This document shows, one piece after another, positions 11,873 to 24,775 of a DNA stretch of 64,000 bases (position 1 is the stretch's first letter; each line of letters opens with the position of its first letter). Source of the stretch: Octopus bimaculoides (Eukaryota); contig NC_068992.1 in NCBI RefSeq assembly GCF_001194135.2, forward strand, positions 45,717,006 through 45,781,005, written 5' to 3'. The position numbers and the translations under genes are program-made. The notes below the pieces were generated by a model, which was not told where the DNA came from, did not search any database, and worked only from the letters and a program-made list of their open reading frames with translations.

Positions 11873-12900
11873 NNNNNNNNNNNNNNNNNNNNNNNNNNNN
11901 NNNNNNNNNNNNNNNNNNNNNNNNNNNNNNNNNNNNNNNNNNNNNNNNNNNNNNNNNNNNNNNNNNNNNNNNNNNNNNNNNNNNNNNNNNNNNNNNNNNN
12001 NNNNNNNNNNNNNNNNNNNNNNNNNNNNNNNNNNNNNNNNNNNNNNNNNNNNNNNNNNNNNNNNNNNNNNNNNNNNNNNNNNNNNNNNNNNNNNNNNNNN
12101 NNNNNNNNATATATATATATATATATATGTATATGTATATATATATATATGTATATTGCTATGAAAATAGTCCGGCAGTGACGTTAGAAAGATCGAAAAG
12201 ACCCACCAACAGTTGCTATAGAAAATGAGAATATGCGGAATTAAACGGTAACTACTTGACGGTGTTTCCTCCATATAGAGTGTGGCTGTTATTTTATGGA
12301 GAGGGAAATGTTGTTTCTTATATTTTATTTGTTTATTTCAATATTTTGAAGTTGAATGTGGAATCCTCGTAATGTTTCGATTAAATACACATTAGCTAGA
12401 AGTATGTATGTTAATGAATTCTTGAAATAAAGATAATATATACATTATGCCTGGATATCAAACGACGAGGATTGGGAAAATATCAGTTCATGGATATATG
12501 AGAAAGTCGAATACAATGTGCTATTTTTAACGTTTGTTTAGTTATCGTTATATATATATAGTTATACGTTTATATATACGAAGAGAAATTTTTCAGCTTT
12601 GCTTTTCTCCCCTGTTTTTTTTTTTTGTTTTTTTTTCCCCATTTCAAACGAATAGCTTGGATAGAATAGTTTTTCGCCAGAAAAATATATTCTGTTTTTG
12701 ACAACCAGTCGGTTCGTGCTAGAGTTAGAAAGAGACCTAGTGTTAGAAGGATACCTGTAGCCAAAATAAAAGCATAAAACACATTTTTGGTGAGAGCATA
12801 AAAGTGCCAATAAGGTTTTCTATGTTTTGCAAATGGCACCAACTTTGTAAGGGGCAGGCATAGTGGACTGAGTAATCTCCAATATAATTACTCGTCCTCC

Positions 12901-13113
12901 AAGGCAGCGAGCTGGCAGAATCTTTAGCACGCCGGGTAAAACGCTTAGCTGCATGCTGGCCATCTTTACGTTCTGCGCCCAAAGTTTGTTGAGGTCGACT
13001 TTATCTTTCAGCCTTTTGGGGTTAATAAAATAAGTGCCAGTTGAACATTAAAGATGATGCAATCGACTTGCCTCTCTCCCGAAATTGCTGACCTTTTGCC
13101 AAAATTTGAAACC
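12901..13113 (+). mobile_element. SINE family A, full length
   Basis: aaggcagcgagctggcagaa (A-box-like TGGCAGAA) ... gaggtcgacttt ... aaaatttgaaacc; colinear with 39836 and 49713. Confidence 0.88.
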
Positions 13114-13467
13114 GAAGGAAGAAATGTCAAATGAGTCTCAGTAGGATTTGGACCTCGAATGTAATAATATTAAATTATATCGCTGTCGTATTTATTGTAT
13201 CCATCAGATTCAAGAATAAGATCGTTTATATAGAGTCTGTCTTAGTATTGTTTGAATCAATGATTTTAAAACAATTAAGTTAGGGCTTTCTAATTTCAAT
13301 TCTGTCCCTTACTCCCAAAGTATAGAAAATAATGTTTCTTTCTTTTCTTTTCTATTTAGATATATTCATAAATAATGTTTGTGCGAATCAAGTGAAGCAA
13401 CAAAGTCCTTATCGAATGCCAAATCAACCATGTTAGAGTTCAGGGTAGATCGAGAGACAAGGAAAAA

Positions 13468-13892
13468 TATTCTTTTCTACTTTAGGCACAAGGCCCAAAA
13501 TTGGCGGAGGGGGCCAGTCGATTAGATCGACCCCAATACGCAACTGGTACTTAATTTATCGATCCCGAATTGGTGAAAAGCAAAGACGACCTCGGCGGAA
13601 TTTAAACCTAGAACGTAAAGGCAGACGAAATACCGCTAAGCATTTCGCCCGGCGTGCTAACGTTTCTTATTTCTTTATTGCCCAGAAGGGGCTAACCATA
13701 GAGGGGACAAACAAGGACAGACAATGGGATTACATGGATTACATCGACCCCAGTGTGTAACTGATACTTAATTTATCGACCCCGAAAGGTAAAGTCGACC
13801 TCGGCGAAATTTGAACTCAGAACGTAACGGCAGACGAAATACCGCTAAGCATTTCGCCCGGCGTGCTAACGTTTCTGCCAGCTCGCCGCCTT
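13468..13892 (-). mobile_element. SINE family A, head-to-tail dimer (young copies)
   Basis: On the minus strand: intact head aaggcggcgagctggcagaaacgttagcacgccgggcg...ctgagttcaaatttcgccgagg, body, tail ending aataaagaaataa, then a second monomer starting at gaaacgttagcacgcc. Confidence 0.9.
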
Positions 13893-13919
13893 AGACAANN
13901 NNNNNNNNNNNNNNNNNNN

Positions 13920-14209
13920 TAGAACGTAAAGGCAGACGAAATACCGCTAAGCATTTCGCCCGGCGTGCTAACGTTTCTTATTTCTTTATTGCCCAGAAGG
14001 GGCTAACCATAGAGGGGACAAACAAGGACAGACAATGGGATTACATGGATTACATCGACCCCAGTGTGTAACTGATACTTAATTTATCGACCCCGAAAGG
14101 TAAAGTCGACCTCGGCGAAATTTGAACTCAGAACGTAACGGCAGACGAAATACCGCTAAGCATTTCGCCCGGCGTGCTAACGTTTCTGCCAGCTCGCCGC
14201 CTTAGACAA
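13920..14209 (-). repeat. Exact 290-bp duplicate of 13609-13898 across a 21-N gap
   Basis: Identical sequence on both sides of the gap. Confidence 0.93.
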
Positions 14210-14639
14210 GGTAAAATATTACATATCTTTTGACTGATCTCGAAGAAAGACTTGAAGCTATGGCAATGACTGGCCTTTCGTGGTTAGCAAGATGCACGGG
14301 GTTAACATTCTGCTGGAGGAATCAAGAAAAATATGTGCAGTAAGGAAAATCCAGATGGTCGTCGCTTGTTAAGATGATAGCTGGGATATAACTTCTTTGT
14401 ATGTGACCTCAGTTTGTGAAACAACATGCGTGGCAGTTTGTGGAGTTTTGTGTAGGTCGACACTGCCTAAATTGGCATGAAACAACAGCAGGCACCCCCA
14501 AGAGAGAGATGCCCTACTAGTAACAGTAGAAATAGCAAAAAGAATGAAACAGCATATCTGTGGATAAGATGTCGATGTGAGGTGTGTTACTGAGCAGTCG
14601 ATGTGGGGTGTGTCACTTTGGGATCAATATTGAATTGTG

Positions 14640-14767
14640 ATTCTACTGAGGTCAATTTTGCTTTTTATCCTTTCGAGGATAGATAAATACCACTTGAGCA
14701 CTGGGGTTGATGTAACTGACTTACACACTACTCCAAAATTACTGGCCTTGAGTCAACATTTGAAACC
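14640..14767 (+). mobile_element. SINE family A, 3' half, diverged
   Basis: gaggtcaattttgc..atcctttcgagg...gagcactggggttgatgtaa..tttgaaacc. Confidence 0.7.
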
Positions 14768-16043
14768 AGCATTGAATTGTGTTTCTTGTGTGAGGATTTT
14801 GAAGTAAAAATAGTATGTTTGCAACTGAGAAATTTGTCAACACTATGTTTTAATTCACTTTTACCTTAATGTTATTTCCTAAATGGAAGATTGTTTTAAT
14901 GTAAAAGAAACACCAGAGTATTTCTTTCACTTGCAGCATCTCCTTCATTATATTCTACGAGAAAATCCCATGTACAGAAACCATATAGTAGCAACTTATG
15001 AGGTCGAAAGTGTTTTCAGGTATTTGAATAAACTAAAACATTAATAGCATTCCATTTGCAGTTTTCGAAATATCGAATTCCTCAAGTGATATCACATTAC
15101 TCTGAAGGTTACAAAAATGAGAGATAATTAAGCTAACTTAGATAGTTCTCTTAAGGAAAATCTTAATGACTTGCATTTTAAAAATGCTTAGAAAAACTTA
15201 CACACACACACACAAACAAACATCAATATATGCATATACATGTACCTGTGTATGTGTGTCTGCGTGCATATGTATGTGTGTGCAAGTGCGAGTGAGTATT
15301 GAACTTAATCTAAAAACAACTATTTGTAACACGATGAAACACCTCTATAAACTGCCGGGTTAACGAATATTCTTCCCCAAGTGTCTTAGACTTGTTAGAA
15401 AATATACTAAATATTTGCAAGAGGAATATTAATGGAAAACGTTTATAAAATAGTGAAGAAACGTTATTTTAGAAGAAGACCGGTGACCATTGCAATGCTT
15501 GTTTATCGAACATAACGGAGTGAGCTTCATGATCACTTATACACGTGTAGTGATAGCATAGTTCTTAGAATCGAAGCAAGCAATAAAATCAACAAATTGG
15601 TGCTGATATAATTAGGTATTTAAATATGTTTGCATTCAGTTGCACTGCGTCCAATCGTGGACACATTTTCTACCATAGCCTCGATTTTACAAACGCCTTG
15701 TAAGTGATGCGGTAGGTGGAATTGTGCTGACGTATGTTAGAAGTTATTCCACCTTTCGATTTTACAACAGTATATGGAATTTTAACAGTTCATTGCAAAT
15801 ATTTAGGCTATATTTTCGGTCTGAATGTAACTTTTTCCATTTGGAATCTTAAGAAAGAGCTACAGGTTTCTTCTTTCTTTCGCTAACGGACGTAAAAAAA
15901 AAAGAAACTTATACACCATTGGCTGCTGTAAAGCTATTTCCAATTCCAAGATATATAAGATCCCAGAGAATTCGACAAGACATGTAAACATGTGCGCATT
16001 CATCGAGAATTAGAGAAAGGTGGCGATTAAAACTTTGCAAATA

Positions 16044-16521
16044 GAATTATAGGCCTTCACCATATATTGACTACAGAAAATAGTCTAATATTAGGGCATA
16101 TAAGCCCCAGTAGCGGAAGACAATGAACATTCGTACGTGTGGGAATCGAAACCATTCGTACTAAAATCCAATTTTTCGTTACGGGTCATACATGCCCTAA
16201 TATTTGTCTATTTTCTATAGTCAATATACAGTGAAAGCTTATAATTTTATTTGCAAAATTTTCACTCGACACTGTTTTATAATTGAAGCAGAATCCTCAC
16301 ATGTTTACATATTTACCGCTATGAAATCATAGTTCCTAAATCTAACGGGGAAAAAGGGTGGGTATATTGGTGTAATCGGTCAGCGCACTTAAGGCGAAAA
16401 TGAAAGGTGAAGGTTCGATTACCACGTGTATTAATGTATCCTTCTTTCCGTTACTGGGGCTCATATGCCTTAATATTAGACTATTTTCTACAGTCAATAC
16501 ATGGTGAAGTGTTATAAATTC
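16044..16521. mobile_element. Three-arm inverted cluster (one left arm, two right arms) of an unassigned short repeat
   Basis: 16044-16157 is inversely similar (roughly 80%) to 16408-16521, and 16045-16118 is inversely similar to 16175-16246. Confidence 0.8.
16361..16432 (+). pseudogene. tRNA-like head (decayed tRNA pseudogene or SINE head)
   Basis: 72 nt; A-box TGGTGTAATCGG at 16368; B-box-like GGTTCGATTAC at 16412; acceptor GGTATAT/GTGTATT pairs 7/7 with four G-U wobbles; anticodon and T stems are broken. Confidence 0.45.
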
Positions 16522-16656
16522 TCTTTAGTCTCTGTCAGTTTATGAAGGCCAACAAAAATTTAACGTTGATATTTCTTTGTCTAACTCCTCTATCTCTTAT
16601 ATCCTCTCTCTCTCTCTCTCTCTCTCTCTTCTTTTACGTGTATATATATGTATATA

Positions 16657-16700
<44 letters not shown>

Positions 16701-17159
16701 GGTGTGTGCGTGTACATACATCTGACCTTTAACATCTCGTACAATAGAAATACACGTTCGCTTACAAATAACACAATGATAAAACGAATCTAAATCTCGA
16801 TATAAAAGAGAATGATGACTGCCCTTAATAAATATACGATAGAGTTTTTTTTTTTTTTTCTTTACACTTGCAGGCAGTCTTTACCAAGTAGAGTCTATTC
16901 CAAAGTATTATATATTCTTTAACAATAACATTTATAGAACAGAAACACAATGTGTTGTGTCAAATTTTTAGGACGTGGTCGGGGAAAACTTGTACGATAT
17001 TATTTTATGTTTTGTGGTATCTTATAATTAGATATCAATGAAACTTATCACATGACTTTAGGGCCGAGAAAATAAGATTGTTCGTTATCAGCTGCTACAT
17101 TAAATGCTTTAGTGTCAAAATTCGTTTTAATAACATCAAGACCAGCGGTTATATCTTTT

Positions 17160-17830
17160 ATGGCGGAGTTGATGGGGGATGTTGGTGCTATTAGTTGTGG
17201 TAGATGAGACTGACACTAATTTAGTGCTTGGTAACGATGATGAGTGTGGTGGTGTTGGGGACAGCTTATGTTAGATGTACGGCTTTCATTCAAAGTAGTA
17301 ATCCTGATCATTGTGTTATTGTATGTATAGAGTGGAGGTGGTGGAAATAGACACGGTGCTGATGTTGGTGGTGGGGACAGTTGAGATGATTATGTACAGG
17401 TGGTGGTTGTGTGCTAGTGATGTTCGTAGTAGTGGTAATATCGTGGTAAGCGTTGTGATAGTCTAGTAGTCATGGTGGTGGTGGTGGTGGTGGTGGTAAC
17501 GGTAGTGGGCGTAGTATTGTTGCTGCGATATACTGGTTGTGACTACGGAAGTGATTGCAGTAGGGTTGGTACTTGTGCTTGATGATTTTGGTGGCGACTG
17601 TATTGATGATGATGATGATGACGTTGATGATGACGATGGTCTCGGTGTTAATGTTATTGGCAAAGTGTTGCTTGATGCCTATATGTTGTGCTTCAGACTG
17701 CAATGTTGTGGTAATGTTGATGTCGAGAGTGGTGGTGTCGTTGGTGGTAATGTCAATGGTAGACCGGTTGCTGCTGTTGTTATTGTTGTTGCTAGTGGTG
17801 GTGATGGTGGTAGGGTTAGGACACTTTATG
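17160..17830 (+). repeat. Decayed GGT/GAT/GTT trinucleotide low-complexity tract
   Basis: 3-nt periodicity; source of the low-complexity ORFs at 17463-18009. Confidence 0.85.
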
Positions 17831-17836
17831 AATAAT

Positions 17837-18049
17837 GGTTTCAAATTTTGGCCCAATGCCAACAATTTCTGGGGAAGGTTTAAGTGGATTACATCGTACC
17901 CAGTGCTCAGCTGGTATATTTTATCGACCTCAAAAGGATGAAAAGGAAAGCAGACCTCGGCGGAATTCGAACTCAGTACAAAAAAGACGGACAAAATGCC
18001 GCTAACCATTTTGCCAGGCGGGCTAACAATTCTGCCAGCTTACCGCCTT
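17837..18049 (-). mobile_element. SINE family A, full length
   Basis: ggtttcaaattttgg...gacctcggcggaattcgaactcag...ttctgccagct..ccgcctt is the antisense of family A. Confidence 0.85.
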
Positions 18050-20729
18050 AAGACACTTTATAAATATTGTGTGAAAATCAATAAAGAAATTCCACTAACA
18101 AACTGTGCCGCCTGCAACAGGGAAGTCTTCTGTATTATTAGTTGTATTAATTCAATGTTCTTCTTCGATAACGGCCAGTATTAGAGGATATTACAGGACA
18201 TCCAGAAGGAACTAGAAGAGATAATTGTTGTGTTATACAGTACCGTGTTAACAATATAATTACATTGAAATAAAGATCATGCCGCGGCGCCGCCACCCTC
18301 GTTTGACGACTCGAGTGGTAGAAGCCATTTCTCTAAACACTTCTAGATGAGATTGTCGGTGGACAAAAGACATTAAACACAACACTTAATTGTCATAGAT
18401 CTCACACATTTACTTTTCTTTCTAGCTTCGTACAGAAACATGATTGCTGGATGGCTGGGTAGAATGTTGAGAATGTTTAGGTGGGAAGATAAATAGATGG
18501 ATGAGTGGTCTCTTTGTAGGATTAGAAACTCACTAAAGTGCTGATTAACCGGTTGGTCACCTAATCGTAGGAGTAAATGGTCTGATAAATCGATGGATAG
18601 ATGGAGGGATGGAGGGATGGATAGGTGGATGGGTAGATGGGTGGAGAAACGTTAGGATGCATAAGACCTAGAATACATAGTAACTCAACCAACCAAAATC
18701 ATCAGCCAAATCGCTCCCAAATAGCAAATATATTGTTTTCAAAATGAGACTCATAGCAGTATATAGCCATAAATACACTATATTTATGAAAAATACGGAC
18801 TAGTAACAAGTAACAAATTTATCTGATCATGGGTCTGCCGTATCAGTACTCGCCTAGGATTAAATAGTATTTCTATGTAGACGGCATTCAGCAACATAAA
18901 GTAAAGCATACCGAAAGATTTCAAGCGAAGGAAAGAACAAAGGAGATATTTCCGGTATAGAACGGGGACATAATTAGAAGGGAAAGGTTATGTTGGTGCT
19001 GACAGAAATACAAATAATGGAGACATACATACATACATACATACATAGTGTATGCAGATGTTCTATAAAAGAGATTAAAGAATTGAAATAACGATTCTTG
19101 ACATTTTGAAACGATCAGGGTTTCATTAGAGGCAGGATGAAATGGGTAAAGGTACAGGGGAAGGTTTTCTGTGACTCAGAAATTGTTCCAAGTTATATAT
19201 AAAATACATACTGCGTGAGACAAGAAAGAAAAAATCATCGGACGGGAACATTCAAAATTTCTATATAGACATAAGTCCTGAGTCTCGTGGTTCAAAGTCT
19301 GAAAATATTTTTACCTGTTTCGGTGCAGATATGAATACATTTAATAACGCCTAGACTATTTTAGTATGATGATGCAGGAGACAGCATTTAAAGAGAGCAA
19401 CACAATAGAGTAGATAGCAAATGTGAAATAAGTTACATTAAAGGTGTACATGTGTAGGTGTAGTGATTCGACTGATATTGTGGGTTCACCTGATACAAGG
19501 ATGAACATGGGAATATCAGTAATCCATTGGAAAAAGTTTCTGGAACGGCTTGATTTTGGATTTGAAATATGAGTCTTCACTATATACAGAGTTAAGAAAA
19601 AAATTGAAGTGTATTAATACGGAACTGTAGCTTGGTAGCTACTATATTACGTTGTTCGAAATCAATGGAGGAAACTCGGTATTTTAAGATAATGAAATTA
19701 AGAAAATATTATAGGGGAGAAAAATGTCACAACTATGTGATATGATTGAAGTTATTGGGAAATATCAGTGTAATACCAGTGTAAATATTAGTGTGATATC
19801 AATATAGTTGACATAATGTAATATAGAGATATCTATGTAAACCAGTGTCAGAGATACTGTGTAAATCACTTGTACCCAATCTTCAGTTTAATAATATCGA
19901 TAGGAAGAATAAAGTGATTATAAATAGTTGAACAGACAAGTATCTCAAACCCTAACATTTACTTGTCAAACAAAAATTATTACCGTAACGTTAGTGATAA
20001 CAATATAAAAATTGGTATGTCTATGTGTTATGTCGGTGTATATATATAAATTCACGCGCACACAGACACACACGAATATATATATATATATATANNNNNN
20101 NNNNNNNNNNNNNNNNNNNNNNNNNNNNNNNNNNNNNNNNNNNNNNNNNNNNNNNNNNNNNNNNNNNNNNNNNNNNNNNNNNNNNNNNNNNNNNNNNNNN
20201 NNNNNNNNNNNNNNNNNNNNNNNNNNNNNNNNNNNNNNNNNNNNNNNNNNNNNNNNNNNNNNNNNNNNNNNNNNNNNNNNNNNNNNNNNNNNNNNNNNNN
20301 NNNNNNNNNNNNNNNNNNNNNNNNNNNNNNNNNNNNNNNNNNNNNNNNNNNNNNNNNNNNNNNNNNNNNNNNNNNNNNNNNNNNNNNNNNNNNNNNNNNN
20401 NNNNNNNNNNNNNNNNNNNNNNNNNNNNNNNNNNNNNNNNNNNNNNNNNNNNNNNNNNNNNNNNNNNNNNNNNNNNNNNNNNNNNNNNNNNNNNNNNNNN
20501 NNNNNNNNNNNNNNNNNNNNNNNNNNNNNNNNNNNNNNNNNNNNNNNNNNNNNNNNNNNNNNNNNNNNNNNNNNNNNNNNNNNNNNNNNNNNNNNNNNNN
20601 NNNNNNNNNNNNNNNNNNNNNNNNNNNNNNNNNNNNNNNNNNNNNNNNNNNNNNNNNNNNNNNNNNNNNNNNNNNNNNNNNNNNNNNNNNNNNNNNNNNN
20701 NNNNNNNNNNNNNNNNNNNNNNNNNNNNN

Positions 20730-20784
<55 letters not shown>

Positions 20785-21457
20785 TGTATATACACACACG
20801 CCTATCTATATGTATGTATATATGTATATGTATGTATATATACATGCTTATGTTTGTGTGTGTGAGTGTTTATATACAAACACCCACATACATAATACTA
20901 TTTCATAAGAAATGTGCCAGTTAAACTTTTTTGCACACAGTGAAGAAGTATGTAAAGCAAAAGATTTACAATAGAGAAAGAAAGTTTGATTTCCCAAACA
21001 GCTACATTCTTCGCTTTCGGTGATCGCATAGGCGCATTGTGTCTATCTGATTCTAGAGTTCGTATAAAATAATTTATAGAAGCTTTTAGGATGCTAGTAT
21101 GTGAAGAAGTTATAAACATTACCATATGAGTATGTAAGTGCATATATTCGCACATATACACATGAATGTATACATGTATACATAGATATATCTTAAAAAG
21201 GGCAAAAAACTTCGGGTTGCAGCGATTAACACTCACACATAAAGATACATATGCATATATATACAAATGCATGCATATATAAACACACATATATGCATAT
21301 ATGTATACATACATACATATATAGATGTATATATTACATATACGTATATATATATATATAGATCTAAATTTCAAAAACTTGTAACTGTTAAAATAAATTT
21401 AGTTACATATATACCAAACTAGTTTAAACAATATTTTTTTGTTTGTCATTGGTAAAA

Positions 21458-21459
<2 letters not shown>

Positions 21460-21492
<33 letters not shown>

Positions 21493-21505
21493 CACACACA
21501 GACAC

Positions 21506-21545
<40 letters not shown>
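21460..21545. repeat. (CA)n microsatellite; further (CA)n runs at 21926-21968 and 22385-22452
   Basis: Read directly. Confidence 0.95.
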
Positions 21546-21548
<3 letters not shown>

Positions 21549-21923
21549 GCATATATATATATATATATATACATACAAATATAGGAGAAATGACCACAAA
21601 AGTGGAATCCTAATACACTAAAAACAGACGTCAAATCGCTTTACCACGGAGAATGTGTTCTCAAGAAAATTTCAGCAAGTTTTTAGCATATTGGGAATCC
21701 GCTTTGGTGGTCATTCCCCTTATATTTGTACGTAATATAATTTTTAATCTTCGGCTTTTTTTTTTAAATATGCTAAGACACTGGATTAAACTTCTTTAGC
21801 ATACGTCTGTTTCTGCTATAAGATGCAGTGCACTCAGAGCAGAGTCCTTGTGCTTCACTTTATAAGTTCCTTGAGGTTTCTAAGGGGGAGTTCAAGTACT
21901 TTTGGGAAACCTTCGTAATTTAA

Positions 21924-21971
<48 letters not shown>

Positions 21972-22383
21972 GTGTATTTATGTGCATTGTGAAAACATGT
22001 AGGTTTGTATGTGACTATATGTATAGTAAGTATTTGTGCTCCATTGTAGACGAAGGAAAACCAGACGACATCATTAGCCAGTACTATTGTTTTCGTTGTG
22101 GTGGTGCTTAACAACCATCGTCTGTTTTCTATGATTCTACTAAAACGTTTTAATTTTCATATTTCTTGGTTTAATGTTGTTGTTGATATTGTTTTGTGCA
22201 ATAGAAAGGAGAGGTGTGTCTGTACATGTGCATATACGTATATGTATGCAAGTTGTTGTTTGTCACCTTTCATTCCAGCAACCTATTCCCCAACAACAAC
22301 TATCACCCGAACGAACACTGAAATTTGAATATGTTGTATTTAATAACAGCTTAAACAACACTCATATGATTTCCCCGTAAGAA

Positions 22384-22454
<71 letters not shown>

Positions 22455-22807
22455 TATATAAAGATACACGCACACACGTAGACCTACACACACCGTTATA
22501 CAGACAAACACACATAGTCATCCACCGAAATACACTTTAATATAATCAAACATACACTCAGTCGTTCATAAGTCACGTAAACATGGCTATAAAAAGACGC
22601 ATAAATATACACATATGCATTCATAGATCCACATATACATCAATACTCATGCATATTTTTAAAAAAGTAAGCATAAAAAGTCAAAAACAAAATAATATAA
22701 ACCATTCGAGAATATTTTTTTATTGTGCAACTGAATGCTTTTCAGCTTTCCGCCATTTTCACTTTCAGATTTATACGTATAAGGCCGATTGTTTGTAGGT
22801 GTATGTG

Positions 22808-22842
<35 letters not shown>

Positions 22843-23259
22843 CTGTCTGTCTGTCGGCATAAATGTTTGTTAACATGCGTCTTGGTGTACGCATATATAT
22901 CAAGATCATTGTGCTTATATATTCACACACACACACACACACACACACATACATATCTATATACATATGTATACACATATATACATATATATATGTGTGT
23001 GCGCTTGTATGCTTCTATGTGTGTATACGAGTTTGTCTATATACATATATGCATAAATATGTAAGTACAATTATATATATGTGCGCCTATATATGAATAC
23101 ACCTAAACATACTATATATGTTGTGCAGGCATTTAAATAGAAATTTATGTTTATAGTTTTTGTCATATACATACATATACATATATACAGACACACGTGT
23201 TTGTGTGTACATATATATATATTTATATCTATACATACATATACAAATATATATGTGTG

Positions 23260-23296
<37 letters not shown>

Positions 23297-23461
23297 NNNN
23301 NNNNNNNNNNNNNNNNNNNNNNNNNNNNNNNNNNNNNNNNNNNNNNNNNNNNNNNNNNNNNNNNNNNNNNNNNNNNNNNNNNNNNNNNNNNNNNNNNNNN
23401 NNNNNNNNNNNNNNNNNNNNNNNNNNNNNNNNNNNNNNNNNNNNNNNNNNNNNNNNNNNNN

Positions 23462-23520
<59 letters not shown>
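23462..23520. repeat. (GATA)n microsatellite
   Basis: Read directly. Confidence 0.95.
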
Positions 23521-23879
23521 TGTATAAACCATAAGACCATACATAATTTTTTCTATATAAGTGCACGCACAATATATATACTATATTTATGTGTATTCGT
23601 ATACATGGAACCGAATATGTGTATGTCTGTTTACATATTAGATGAAGGCGGGGATGGAATCCAGTCCAGCGAGACATAACCGGAAACTTAATGGAGAGAG
23701 TACCAAATAACAACCAAAACTAACCAAAATTAGAAAATCAGAAAATTTAACAGTGAAGATGAGATACAATAAATGAATACTTTATTCAATAGATAACAAT
23801 TGTTATATTTACCAACACAGATGTTTCATAAATTTATCTAATGCCATATTATTTCTTTACTCATTCATTTTCTTTTGTC

Positions 23880-24012
23880 TCATTATTATTATCATCACGA
23901 TCATCATGATCATCATCATCATCGTCAGCATCATCATAATCATCATAATAGTAATCAGGATAACAATCATCATCATCACCATCACTATCATCATCATCGT
24001 CGTCGTCGTCGT
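23880..24012. repeat. (ATC)n/(GTC)n compound trinucleotide repeat
   Basis: Read directly. Confidence 0.9.
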
Positions 24013-24129
24013 CATCCGCGTTGTTGGTTTTGTTTTTCTAGTTTGCTTCTTCCACAGTGATGCTCTGATACCATATATATTCATATATATGTAGGTGTAT
24101 ACATTTCAATAAATATACATACAGTTGTC

Positions 24130-24480
24130 ACTGTGTGGAACGGATTATAAAGATTATACAATAAACTAAGTATGGTATGATCGCATCACGTCCCAGAGAG
24201 TTATGTTACCTAAACCTATGAAATTACTTTTCCCTTCACAACAGATAAATACACTGCAACACGATTTCTTTTTCACAACAGGATCTTCTCTATTCAACAT
24301 TGTCCCGAAACAGATCAAATAGAAAAAGGATCCGATCACCTTTAAACGGAATCTGGATAAATTTCTACAAGGAATAGCAGATAAGCCACTTATCCTGGAT
24401 ACGACTCACACAAAAAACTTGATGTGAAAAAATTTAGCTAATCATAGGAGGTGGTCCTATTAAGTGAGACATGGCCTGGA
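24130..24480 (+). mobile_element. CR1/L2-like LINE, decayed 3' end
   Basis: Plus frame gives TLQHDFFFTTGSSLFNIVPKQIK*KKDPITFKRNLDKFLQGIADKP, matching the CR1/Jockey-group ORF2 C-terminal pattern (F..G..LFN.LP..I....D...FK..LD.FL..I.D.P). Confidence 0.72.
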
Positions 24481-24728
24481 CCAATCTTTCGTCGAAACAT
24501 AACTATCTAAGTTATATATATAGTTATATATATAAGTAATATATATATATGTATATATATATGTGTGTGTGCGCGTGTGAAATTCACACTGCGAGTTGAA
24601 AACAAAACTTCAGATTAACTTAGAGCAACGAGCTATTATACCAATCACTGGAATAAAGATTGATAAAACTAGAATGCTGGTTTTGGCGATTCGAGCACTC
24701 TCAAAATGTTATTTACACATTAATTTGC

Positions 24729-24775
<47 letters not shown>

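Noticed and set aside
14455-14490. TGCC-taaatt-GGCA-T-GAAAC, like a PLE hammerhead stem II
   Set aside because: The upstream CUGANGA box is absent
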